Shown here piece after piece: positions 8,210 to 16,263 of a stretch of DNA of 64,000 bases. Position 1 is the first letter of the stretch. Each line of letters begins with the position of its first letter. The position numbers and the translations under genes were made by a program. This DNA is from Elusimicrobiota bacterium (GTDB taxonomy: Bacteria; Elusimicrobiota; Elusimicrobia; UBA1565; UBA9628): NCBI GenBank assembly GCA_016207605.1, contig JACQPJ010000041.1, positions 4,264 to 68,263 on the forward strand, in the 5' to 3' direction. The notes under the pieces were generated by a model. That model saw only the letters and a list, made by a program, of their open reading frames with translations. It was not told the origin of the DNA and did not search any database.

Positions 8210-9598
8210 ATGCGCTGCGAGAACGTGCTCGAGGCCGTCGGCGACACGCCGCTGATCCGGCTCAACCGCCTGGCCCAGGGGCTCAAGCCCCGGATCTACG
8301 TGAAGGCCGAGTTCATGAACCCGGGCGGCTCGGTCAAGGACCGCATCGGCGCGGCCATGATCGACGACGCCGAGCGCCGCGGCCTGCTCAAGCCCGGCGG
8401 CACCATCATCGAGGGCACCTCGGGCAACACCGGCATCGGGCTGGCCCTGGTGGCGGCTCTGCGCGGCTACCGGCTCATCTTCACGATCACCGACAAGCAG
8501 TCGCGCGAGAAGATCAACCTGCTCAAGGCCCTCGGCGCCGAGGTCATCGTCTGCCCGACGGCCGTCGAGCCGGAGGATCCGCGCTCCTACTACTCCGTCG
8601 CGGCCAAGCTCGCCCGGGAGATTCCCAACGCCTTCTACCCCAACCAGTACGAGAACCCGGAGAACCCGGCGGCGCACTACCGGACCACCGGCCCCGAGAT
8701 CTGGCGCGACACGGAGGGCAAGATCACGCACTTCGTCGCCGGCATGGGCACCGGCGGCACGATCTCCGGCGTCGGCAAGTACCTCAAGGAGCGCAGCCCG
8801 CGGCTGCAGGTCGTCGGCGTGGACCCGATCGGCTCGCTGTACTACGAGAAGATCGTGCGCGGCCGCGTCGGCGCCGCCAAGCCCTACGTGGTGGAGGGCA
8901 TCGGCGAGGACATCTTCCCGGGGACCATGGACCTCAAGATCGTCGACGACGTCGTCCAGGTCACCGACCGGGACTCCTTTCTGATGACCCGCAAGCTGGC
9001 CCGCCTGGAGGGCCTGCTCTGCGGCGGCTCCGGGGGCTCGGCGGTCTGGGGCGGTCTGGAGTACGCCAAGCGCCTCTCCGCCAAGGACTTCATGGTCATC
9101 CTCCTGCCCGACACGGGCATGCGCTATCTCTCCAAGATCTACAACGACGAGTGGATGCGCGAAAATCAGTATTTCGAGAGCGCCGTGCCCCTGCGCGCCG
9201 CGGACGTGCTGGCGGCCAAGCGCCGCCGCGGCAAGGCCGGCCCCCTGGCCGCGGCCAAGCCCTCGGACTCGCTCTGGTCGGCCCTGCGCGTCATGCGCCG
9301 CCGCGACATCTCCCAGCTTCCGGTGGTGGAGAAAGGCCGGCCCGTGGGCGTCGTCCAGGAGGACGACGTCCTGGGGCTCCTGCTCAAGGGCCGCGACGTC
9401 AAGACCATGATCGTGCGCGAGGCCATGGCCCCGCCGCTGCCCGTCGTCATCCCGGAGGCGCGCATCGAGACGGTCCTGCGCTGCTTCACCCCGGACCGCC
9501 ACGCCGTCCTCGTCCAGGCGGGCAAATCCCGCTACGACATCATGACCAAGTACGACGTCGTCGACGCCGTCGCCGGCGCCTCGGAGGCCCTCCCATGA
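8210..9598 (+). CDS. Cystathionine beta-synthase (PLP fold type II domain plus C-terminal CBS pair)
   Basis: 462 aa. NPGGSVKDR (PLP lysine) and the SGNTG loop. The C-terminal ~130 aa look like a tandem CBS-domain region. GGAGGA Shine-Dalgarno upstream. Confidence 0.8.
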   Translation: MRCENVLEAVGDTPLIRLNRLAQGLKPRIYVKAEFMNPGGSVKDRIGAAMIDDAERRGLLKPGGTIIEGTSGNTGIGLALVAALRGYRLIFTITDKQSREKINLLKALGAEVIVCPTAVEPEDPRSYYSVAAKLAREIPNAFYPNQYENPENPAAHYRTTGPEIWRDTEGKITHFVAGMGTGGTISGVGKYLKERSPRLQVVGVDPIGSLYYEKIVRGRVGAAKPYVVEGIGEDIFPGTMDLKIVDDVVQVTDRDSFLMTRKLARLEGLLCGGSGGSAVWGGLEYAKRLSAKDFMVILLPDTGMRYLSKIYNDEWMRENQYFESAVPLRAADVLAAKRRRGKAGPLAAAKPSDSLWSALRVMRRRDISQLPVVEKGRPVGVVQEDDVLGLLLKGRDVKTMIVREAMAPPLPVVIPEARIETVLRCFTPDRHAVLVQAGKSRYDIMTKYDVVDAVAGASEALP

Positions 9599-11088
9599 CC
9601 GCGTTTGCGCTCCTCGCCCTGGCCGTTTCCCTCGCCGCTCAGGAGACCCCGCCGGACGCCCCGGCGCCCGCGCCCGAGATCGAGGCCCCCTCGCTTCGGG
9701 AGATCGTGCCCCCGCCCGCGCCGCTGCATGTGGAGGAGGCCGCGCCGCTTCCCGCGGCCGTGCCCGCCCTGCCGCCCGTGTCTCCGGTCCTCGCCTCGGA
9801 GAAGCCGGCCGCTGAGTCCAGCGCCGAGGCCGATGCCCCGACGCCGGCGCCCAAGGCCGCTGAGCCGGTTCCCGCGCCCGCGGCGGCCGCTCCCGCCCGG
9901 CCCGGCGTCGAGGAGGAATTCGCCTTCGCCAAGGCCGCCGCGCGGGCGGCGTCCGACGACGCCGCCGTCCGGGCCGCCGCCGTCGACGACCTGCGCCTGT
10001 TCCTGCGCCGCCGCCCGCAGTCCGAGCAGGTTCCCGAGACCCTCCTTCTGCTCGGGTCCCTGCGTCAAAAGGAGGGAGACTGGGCGGAGGCTCTCGCCGT
10101 GTTCCTGCGCCTGATCCACGAGCATCCCTCCGTGCCCGTCGCGCTCTCCGCGAAGTCGTCCTACCTGGAGATCGTCAACGCCAAGGCCTCCCGCCGCCAT
10201 CGCCAGGCGCTCAGCGAGCTGGTCCGGGCCTCCAACGCGCCCGACGCCGGCTCCCGCCTGTCTTCGGCGTGGCAGGTCCTGGCCGCGGAGGCTCCAGACG
10301 CGCTGTATGCCCCGGCTGTCGCGGGCGTCCTCGACACGCAAGCCCGCTTCCCGGATCTCGCGGACGCCGACCGCCTGCAGGCGGCGCTGGCGCGCCTCCA
10401 CGCGGCCAACGATCAGCCGCAGGCGGCCGTGCTCGCTTGGCGCAAGCTCCTGGCGCTGGAGCCCGCCAGCGCCCTGCGTCCGCGGGCGCAGATGGCCGTC
10501 GGCGACCTCTACGCGGACGCCCTGCGCGACCCCAAGCAGGCGGTCGCGGCCTACCAGGCCGTGATCGCGGACTATCCCCAGGCCCCGGAGGTCGCCGCCG
10601 CGCTCGACCACTCCGCCCAACTCTTCGAGGACCGGCTCAAGCAGTACGCCCTCGCCGTGGAGATGGACGAGAAGATCGCCGCGCGCTACCCCAAAACCCC
10701 CGCCGCGTTCAAGGCCTTGAAGTCCATCGCCCGGCTCCAGCGCTCCCGCCTGGACGCCCCCGGCGACGCGATCAAGACCCTCCGGCGTCTGGCCAAGGAC
10801 TACGGCGGCCAGGAGGGAATGGACGCCCTCCTGCTGGCCGCCCAGATCGCGCGCCGCGACCGCAAGGACTATCCCCTCCAAGCCGAGATCCTGCGCCAGG
10901 CCGCCGCCGACTACCCCGCCTCCAAGGAGGCGCCCGACGCCCTCTACGACGCGGCCCGCGTCTACGAGTCCGACCTCCACGACGCCGCCCAGGCCGTCGA
11001 GGTCTACAACGGCCTCATCGCCCAGTTCCCCGCGCACAAGCTCGCCGCCAAGTCCGGCGACCGCGTCGCCAAGCTGCAGTCCAAATAG
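9595..11088 (+). CDS. Secreted Pro/Ala-rich tetratricopeptide-repeat protein
   Basis: In-frame ATG at 9595 (MTAFALLALAVSLAAQ signal) overlaps the CBS-gene stop as ATGA. The C-terminal two thirds have TPR-like helical repeats (e.g. AVAAYQAVIADYPQAPEVAAAL). Confidence 0.6.
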   Translation: MTAFALLALAVSLAAQETPPDAPAPAPEIEAPSLREIVPPPAPLHVEEAAPLPAAVPALPPVSPVLASEKPAAESSAEADAPTPAPKAAEPVPAPAAAAPARPGVEEEFAFAKAAARAASDDAAVRAAAVDDLRLFLRRRPQSEQVPETLLLLGSLRQKEGDWAEALAVFLRLIHEHPSVPVALSAKSSYLEIVNAKASRRHRQALSELVRASNAPDAGSRLSSAWQVLAAEAPDALYAPAVAGVLDTQARFPDLADADRLQAALARLHAANDQPQAAVLAWRKLLALEPASALRPRAQMAVGDLYADALRDPKQAVAAYQAVIADYPQAPEVAAALDHSAQLFEDRLKQYALAVEMDEKIAARYPKTPAAFKALKSIARLQRSRLDAPGDAIKTLRRLAKDYGGQEGMDALLLAAQIARRDRKDYPLQAEILRQAAADYPASKEAPDALYDAARVYESDLHDAAQAVEVYNGLIAQFPAHKLAAKSGDRVAKLQSK

Positions 11089-11146
11089 CGTGGTGCGCCG
11101 CGCGGCGCGCGCGGATCGGCCCGCCGTCGCGGCCTATTATAGGCCC

Positions 11147-11185
11147 CCAGGCGCTATTGGCCTGGTGTTTTGCGTTTTATTTTCT
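11147..11185 (+). terminator. Rho-independent terminator of the TPR gene
   Basis: Stem CCAGGC (11147-11152) pairs with GCCTGG (11160-11165) around a 7-nt loop, followed by TGTTTTGCGTTTTATTTT. The palindrome GGCCTATTATAGGCC lies just upstream at 11131-11145. Confidence 0.6.
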
Positions 11186-11286
11186 GTCGGTAACGGGAAA
11201 TAAAAATGTCGTTTAAGAGCCGCTTATCGCGAATGGAATTGTTCGTGCCATTTGATGGCCAAGAGCCGACAGGTTCGCCTGCCTTC

Positions 11287-11361
11287 TGGTGGTGATAGGC
11301 TCAGAGACGTGGCCTGCACCCTGCTCTTGAGGGCGTAGGTTCGATTTCCTAACATAGCCCC
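11287..11361. other. Degenerate tRNA-like (cloverleaf-shaped) element, strand unresolved
   Basis: The plus strand carries a T-arm-like TAGG-TTCGATTT-CCTA. The minus-strand reading is 75 nt, starts GGGGCTA and ends CACCACCA. It has a 5/7 acceptor stem, a 4-bp arm, and a 5-bp stem (GCCCT/AGGGT) with the 7-nt loop CAAGAGC. U33 is absent and the T loop has 8 nt, so this is not a canonical tRNA. Confidence 0.25.
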
Positions 11362-11414
11362 ATGACCGAGGGTCGCCGAGGAAATGGCTGCGTCCATCGC
11401 CGTAGGAGGCAACC

Positions 11415-12443
11415 ATGACCGCCGCAAGGATTCCCGATCTCTACAAGAAGCTCGGGGCCAAGCGCCTGCTGGAGATTCACCGGCTCATGGTGCGGGCGCG
11501 CCTGCTCGAGGAGCGGCTCATCAAGATGAGCAAGGGCGGCGACGGCTTCTTCTGGATCGGCGGGCCGGGCGAGGAGGCCTTCAACGTGCCGCTGGGCCTG
11601 ATGATCAAGAAGGGCCGCGGCGTGGACCATGACTACCTCCACCTCCACTATCGCTCCTCGGCGATCCTTCTGGCCATGGGCGCCGACCCCGCGGACACCC
11701 TGCGCCAGATGCGCTCGACGGCGGCGGATCCCTATTCCAAGGGCCGCAACTTCGTCAACCACTATGCGATCCCCGAGTGGAACGTCACCCCGGTTTCGCC
11801 CACGATCGAGACGCACTATACGACGGCCATCGGCACGGCCATCGCCCAGGCCCGCGCCAAGACCGACGCGATCACGATGGCCAACGGCGGCGACGCGGGC
11901 AGCGCCGAGGGAGACTTCCACTCCTGCCTGGTCTGGGCCAACCGTCCCGCTCTTCCGCTTCCGATCCTGATCATCGTGATCAACAACGGCTACGGCATCT
12001 CCACGCCCGTCTCGACCCAGCACGGCGAGAGGCGGATTTCCGACTGGGCCAAAACCTTCCCCGGCATGCCCGGCGCGACCGTGGACGGCAACGACGTCGC
12101 CGCATCCTGGGCTGCGCTGGAGGAGGCTTTCGCCTACGTGCGTAAGGAAAGGCGGCCCTACATTTTAGAAGCGCGCGCCAGCCGCCTCTACGGACACTCC
12201 TCCTCGTCGGGCGCCAACCGCGTTCCGGAACCGGACTGCATCGAGCTTTTCGAGACGGCGCTGGCCCGGCGCGGCCTGGTCAAGCCCGCCCAGTTCGCCG
12301 CGGTCCGCGAGCGCGAGGCCGTCGCCCTCGACGCGGCGCACCAGAAGGCCCGGGCCGAGCCCTTCCCCGCGCCGGAGTCCGCCTGGGAGGACGTCTTCGC
12401 CGCGGGCCTGCCGCCCTCGTATCCGACCAAGGGAGGCAGCTAG
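11415..12443 (+). CDS. Thiamine-diphosphate-dependent 2-oxoacid dehydrogenase E1 component, alpha subunit
   Basis: 342 aa. The TPP-binding region reads GGDAGSAEGDFHSCLVWA...IIVINNGYGIST. AGGAGG Shine-Dalgarno at 11404-11409. Confidence 0.8.
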   Translation: MTAARIPDLYKKLGAKRLLEIHRLMVRARLLEERLIKMSKGGDGFFWIGGPGEEAFNVPLGLMIKKGRGVDHDYLHLHYRSSAILLAMGADPADTLRQMRSTAADPYSKGRNFVNHYAIPEWNVTPVSPTIETHYTTAIGTAIAQARAKTDAITMANGGDAGSAEGDFHSCLVWANRPALPLPILIIVINNGYGISTPVSTQHGERRISDWAKTFPGMPGATVDGNDVAASWAALEEAFAYVRKERRPYILEARASRLYGHSSSSGANRVPEPDCIELFETALARRGLVKPAQFAAVREREAVALDAAHQKARAEPFPAPESAWEDVFAAGLPPSYPTKGGS

Positions 12444-12446
12444 GCG

Positions 12447-13505
12447 ATGGCCAACATGTCACAGGCCATCCGCATGGCCCTCCACTACGGCGAGACGCAT
12501 CTCGGCGTCAAGGAGATCTTCGGCGAGGACGTCGGCCCGCCGCTGGGCGGGGTCTTCACGGCCACGCAGGGCCTGGAGCGGGCCTGGAACTCGCCCCTCG
12601 ACGAGCGCGGCATCCTCGGCGCGGCGCTGGGCCTGGCCTGGGCGGGCTCGCGCCCCGTGGCCGAGATACAGTTCGTGGACTACATCTTCAACGCCGTGGA
12701 CATGCTCAAGCTTTGCGCCAACGGGCGTTGGTCCTCGGGGGGCCGCTGGGGCGCGCCCCTGGTGATCATGACGCCCACCGGCTCGGGCATCCACGGCTCG
12801 ATGTACCACTCCCATTCCTTCGACTCCATCGCGGCCAAGCTTCACGGCATGAAGGTCGTCTGCCCCTCCACGCCGATCGACGCCTACGGCCTGATGATCG
12901 CGGCGATCAGGGACGAAGACCCCGTCCTCTACCTCAAGCCCAAGGCGCTGCTGCGCAGCAAGGGAGAGGAGCTCATCCCCGGCGAGCCCGCCGACGAGAA
13001 GACGCTCCGGGGCATGATCGACGCGCCCATCGGCGACCGCTCGAAGTGGAAGCCGCGCTGGCCCAAGCTGACGGACTACGCGGTGCCCATCGGCCAGGCC
13101 AAGATCTCCCACGCGGGCTCCGACGCGACGGTCGTCACGCACGGCCGCATGGCGCCGATCTGCCTGGACGTCGCGCGCGGCCTGGAATCGGCGGGCCGCG
13201 GCTCGGTCGAGGTGCTCGACTTGCGCTCGCTGATCCCCTACGACTGGGACGCGATCACGGCTTCGGTCAAGAAGACCGGCCGGGTCCTCTTCGTCAACGA
13301 GGAGACCGAGATCGCCAACCTCGCGGAGCACTTCATCCGCCGCCTGGTCGACGAGATGTTCTACGAGCTCAAGGCGCGCCCGCGCCTGCTCTGCGGCAAG
13401 GCGACGCCCGGCGTCGGCCTGGCGGTCAACCTGGAGAACTTCATCCAGCCCCAAAAGACCGACGTCGAGCGCGCGATCGCCGAGCTCCTGGCGGATCCCG
13501 CATGA
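12447..13505 (+). CDS. 2-oxoacid dehydrogenase E1 component, beta subunit
   Basis: 352 aa, transketolase-like pyrimidine-binding and C-terminal domains (FGEDVGPPLGGVF, EIQFVDYIFNA). Starts 3 nt after the alpha-subunit stop. Confidence 0.8.
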   Translation: MANMSQAIRMALHYGETHLGVKEIFGEDVGPPLGGVFTATQGLERAWNSPLDERGILGAALGLAWAGSRPVAEIQFVDYIFNAVDMLKLCANGRWSSGGRWGAPLVIMTPTGSGIHGSMYHSHSFDSIAAKLHGMKVVCPSTPIDAYGLMIAAIRDEDPVLYLKPKALLRSKGEELIPGEPADEKTLRGMIDAPIGDRSKWKPRWPKLTDYAVPIGQAKISHAGSDATVVTHGRMAPICLDVARGLESAGRGSVEVLDLRSLIPYDWDAITASVKKTGRVLFVNEETEIANLAEHFIRRLVDEMFYELKARPRLLCGKATPGVGLAVNLENFIQPQKTDVERAIAELLADPA

Positions 13506-14662
13506 GCTCCGCCGAGCCCGAGTTCGCGACGCTTGCGGTCCACGCCGGGCAGGCGCCCGACCCCGCCACCGGCGCGATCATGACGCCGGTCTACCTCACC
13601 TCCACGTACGTCCAGGAGTGGCCCGAGCGGCACAAGGGCTTCGACTACGCGCGCACCGCCCACCCGACGCGGCTGGCGCTGGAAAAAAACCTCGCGGCGC
13701 TCGAGGGCGCGGCCTTCGGGCTGTGTTTCGCCTCCGGAATGGCCGCGACCTCCACGGTGATCCAAGCCCTGTCCGCGGGAGATCACGTCGTGTGCGGCAA
13801 CGATCTCTACGGCGGGACCTACCGCGTGTTCACCAAGGTCTTCGCGCGCTTCGGAGTCTCCTTCTCGTTCGCGGACTCCACGGATCCGCGCGCCTTGGCG
13901 GCCGCGTTCACGCCCAAGACCCGGCTGGTCTGGGTCGAGAGCCCCTCCAACCCGCTGCTGCGCATCACCGACCTGCGCGCCGCCGCCGACCTGGCCCACG
14001 CCCGGGGCGCGCGGCTGGCCGTGGACAACACCTTCGCCAGCCCCGCTCTGCAGAGGCCGCTTTCGCTCGGCGCCGACGTCGTGGTGCACTCCACGACCAA
14101 GTACCTGGGCGGGCATTCGGACGTGGTCGGCGGCGCGATCCTGGTCAACGACGAGGCGCTTTACAAGGAGTACAAGTTCCTGCAGAACGCCGTCGGCGCC
14201 GTGCCCGGCCCGCTCGACTGCTTCCTGGTCTTGCGCGGCACCAAGACCCTGCCTCTGCGCATGGACAAGCACGGCGCCAACGCCGCGGCGCTCGCCCGGC
14301 ATCTCGTCGCGCATCCGGAAGTCGCCAAGGTCCACTACCCGGGCCTGCCGGGCGACCCCGGCCACGCCCTGGCCAAGGCCCAGATGCGCGGCTTCGGCGG
14401 CATGATCTCCTTCGAGCTCAAGGGCGACTTGGAGCGCGTCAAGCGCATGATCTCCTCCTGCCGCGTGTTCTCGCTGGCCGAGAGCCTGGGCGGCGTGGAG
14501 TCCCTGATCGGCCATCCCGCCTCGATGACCCACGGCTCCATCCCGCGCGAGGAGCGCCTCAAGGCCGGCCTGGCCGACGGCCTCATCCGCCTTTCCGTCG
14601 GCATCGAGGACGTCAAAGACCTCGCCGCCGACCTCGACGCCGCGATCGACTGCTCGCGCTGA
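13502..14662 (+). CDS. Cys/Met-metabolism PLP enzyme, cystathionine gamma-lyase or gamma-synthase family
   Basis: In-frame ATG at 13502 overlaps the E1-beta stop as ATGA. MSSAEPEFATLAVHAGQ...; PLP lysine context HSTTKYLGGHSD; 386 aa. Confidence 0.8.
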   Translation: MSSAEPEFATLAVHAGQAPDPATGAIMTPVYLTSTYVQEWPERHKGFDYARTAHPTRLALEKNLAALEGAAFGLCFASGMAATSTVIQALSAGDHVVCGNDLYGGTYRVFTKVFARFGVSFSFADSTDPRALAAAFTPKTRLVWVESPSNPLLRITDLRAAADLAHARGARLAVDNTFASPALQRPLSLGADVVVHSTTKYLGGHSDVVGGAILVNDEALYKEYKFLQNAVGAVPGPLDCFLVLRGTKTLPLRMDKHGANAAALARHLVAHPEVAKVHYPGLPGDPGHALAKAQMRGFGGMISFELKGDLERVKRMISSCRVFSLAESLGGVESLIGHPASMTHGSIPREERLKAGLADGLIRLSVGIEDVKDLAADLDAAIDCSR

Positions 14663-14671
14663 GCTTTCGGC

Positions 14672-15508
14672 CTAGCGGCCGTATTTGATTTTGTCTTCCA
14701 GCGCGCGCTGTCCGCTTTCGATTCGTTCCTGGTCGGTTCCGCTGAACGGCGCATTTTCCGTCTTGAGGTAGATGTATTCTCTCTCGCCCCCCGGGCCGAT
14801 GAAGTTGCCATTGTCCTCGCGCTTGATGATGCCCGCCTTCTTGAGGCCGGGGAAATCGCGCAACGCGACGGCGTTCTTGGCCAGCCAAGCGTTGACTCCG
14901 CGCAAGTCCCCGAACTCAATATCCGGGCCAAGCCGACGCTCGGCCTGGAACAAATGCGCGTATTGCCAGCGAGAAATCGCATAGCCGTTATTTTTCTTGT
15001 CGATATGGATGTCTTCCCTGCCGGTCTGGAGGGTCTTGCCTTCCGGGCGAGCGACTTCGGCTTCACTAACGATGCGCACAACCCGCCCAAACATGGATGT
15101 GTCGATGAGAAACGGGATGCCGTCGGTCCCGGTGATTTCAACGACGGCGTGGCCCCCGTCTTGGCCCTTTCTCGTGCCGCCGACATAGACCGCGCGCCGA
15201 GGAGGATTGGACGCGTCGTAAAGGACCTTGAAGACCTTCGCCGCCTCGACGCAGCCGTTGAAATTCCCCTCGGCGAGCACGCGCTCGCCCGCCCATTCGT
15301 GGGCATCGCGCGGAGCCGGCCGGTCCACGTCGCCGTGAAATCTGATCGCGCTGGCCATGTGCCTGAGCACGTTGTACGCCAGACTTTTGGCGGGGTCGAC
15401 GTCCGCGGCCGGCATGCTTTTGATCGCGGCCACGGCCTCCGGCACCGTGGCTGCCGTTGCGGCGCGAGTCAGGCACAGCGCCGTCAGGATGTATAGGGGG
15501 CTGGTCAT
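14672..15508 (-). CDS. Secreted hypothetical protein; possible papain/transglutaminase-like Cys-His-Asp fold
   Basis: ORF track, 278 aa. Hydrophobic N-terminus MTSPLYILTALCLTRAATAA. Spaced motifs NFNGCVEAAKVF, GGHAVVEI and FLIDTS. Its start overlaps the antitoxin stop as ATGA. The fold assignment is inference only. Confidence 0.45.
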   Translation of the reverse strand: MTSPLYILTALCLTRAATAATVPEAVAAIKSMPAADVDPAKSLAYNVLRHMASAIRFHGDVDRPAPRDAHEWAGERVLAEGNFNGCVEAAKVFKVLYDASNPPRRAVYVGGTRKGQDGGHAVVEITGTDGIPFLIDTSMFGRVVRIVSEAEVARPEGKTLQTGREDIHIDKKNNGYAISRWQYAHLFQAERRLGPDIEFGDLRGVNAWLAKNAVALRDFPGLKKAGIIKREDNGNFIGPGGEREYIYLKTENAPFSGTDQERIESGQRALEDKIKYGR

Positions 15509-15792
15509 GAAAAACGAATGTCCAACCGCTTGTCGAGCGCATCAGCCAGTTTCTGCAGGGTTTCCAGCGTGATGTTGGTGTGCTTGCGTGTCTCGATATC
15601 GGACAAGGCCTGCTGGGTGGTTCCCAGCCGTCGCGCCAAGGCGCTCTGGGTCAGCCCGATTTTCTCGCGCAGAAACGCGATCTGAATGGCGACGCCGGAG
15701 CGCAGGTGTTCGCGTTCATAGCCTTTGCGGAAGGCGGGATCCTTTAGTTGTTCGGCCAAAAATTCGTTGAAATCCAGCGATCTAGGGTTCAT
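15505..15792 (-). CDS. higA: HigA-like XRE-family helix-turn-helix antitoxin
   Basis: Internal ATG at 15792 (MNPRSLDFNEF...) chosen, giving 95 aa. HTH segment GLTQSALARRLGTTQQALSDIE. Overlaps the toxin stop by 11 nt. Confidence 0.7.
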   Translation of the reverse strand: MNPRSLDFNEFLAEQLKDPAFRKGYEREHLRSGVAIQIAFLREKIGLTQSALARRLGTTQQALSDIETRKHTNITLETLQKLADALDKRLDIRFS

Positions 15793-16156
15793 TGGTTTTC
15801 TCCTGTGCGTCAATCCAGTGCCCGCGATACCGTTGGGCACGCGCAATCTCCCTCGGGTCCGTTTGGCGGCTTTTCTTAAGGAATCCATGCGTGATTATGA
15901 TCCTTTTACCATGGAAGAAATATAGCAGCCTGATCTCGAGCCGCGCAAACGAGATGCGCAGTTCCCGGATCGGCGCTTCCAGAAGGTCGGAATAAGGCCT
16001 GGGTAGGCGTGGCCCGAGCTGCTGGAGGCGCTGAATCCATTTGGAGACTTTCCCACGGACTGGCGGCGGGAGAGAAGCAAGAAATTCTCGCGCAGGGCAA
16101 TTTCCTCGAATTGTCCGAAATACTTCAACTTCATAAGACTCATGAATAGTATACAT
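15782..16156 (-). CDS. higB: RelE/ParE-superfamily toxin (HigB/Gp49-like); toxin gene precedes antitoxin gene
   Basis: 124 aa matching the Gp49-like pattern: REFLASLPPPVRGKV...ELRISFARLEIRLLYFFHGKRIIITHGFLKKSRQT. Confidence 0.7.
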   Translation of the reverse strand: MYTIHESYEVEVFRTIRGNCPAREFLASLPPPVRGKVSKWIQRLQQLGPRLPRPYSDLLEAPIRELRISFARLEIRLLYFFHGKRIIITHGFLKKSRQTDPREIARAQRYRGHWIDAQEKTNEP

Positions 16157-16245
16157 GATTTATCATGTACGTCAAGGGCCTGTTTTTGTTCATGGCGGAT
16201 AACTCGTCCTACCTATACGCGCGACCCCCCTATTTAGTTCCACGT

Positions 16246-16254
16246 TGTTATAAT
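16246..16254 (+). promoter_or_regulatory. Extended -10 promoter element for the ABC transporter operon
   Basis: TGTTATAAT (TGnTATAAT consensus) ends 9 nt before the ATG at 16264. No Shine-Dalgarno lies in between. Confidence 0.4.
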
Positions 16255-16263
16255 CACCCGGTC

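Noticed and set aside
6911-9502. Very long ORFs such as 6911-9502 (-, 863 aa), 26680-28944 (-, 754 aa), 56732-58720 (-, 662 aa), 1098-3020 (+, 640 aa), 38628-40466 (+, 612 aa), 41576-43213 (+) and 35467-36744 (+).
   Set aside because: They run antisense to, or out of frame with, genes that have unmistakable conserved motifs (dnaX/recR/CBS, pilB, the pilin, nagZ, phoH/ybeY, MFS/glgC, leuS). Their translations are Arg/Gly/Ala/Pro/Asp-rich low-complexity strings typical of shadow ORFs in high-GC DNA.
11089-11361. tmRNA (ssrA) on the minus strand, suggested by the 5' sequence GGGGCTATGTTAGGAAATCGAAC.
   Set aside because: No matching 3' acceptor strand with a G3.U70 pair, no T arm followed by ACCA within a plausible distance, and no tag reading frame ending in a hydrophobic Ala-Ala type C-terminus. 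The downstream space is occupied by a terminator and the TPR gene. A permuted two-piece gene is excluded because the E1 alpha gene and its Shine-Dalgarno lie immediately on the other side.
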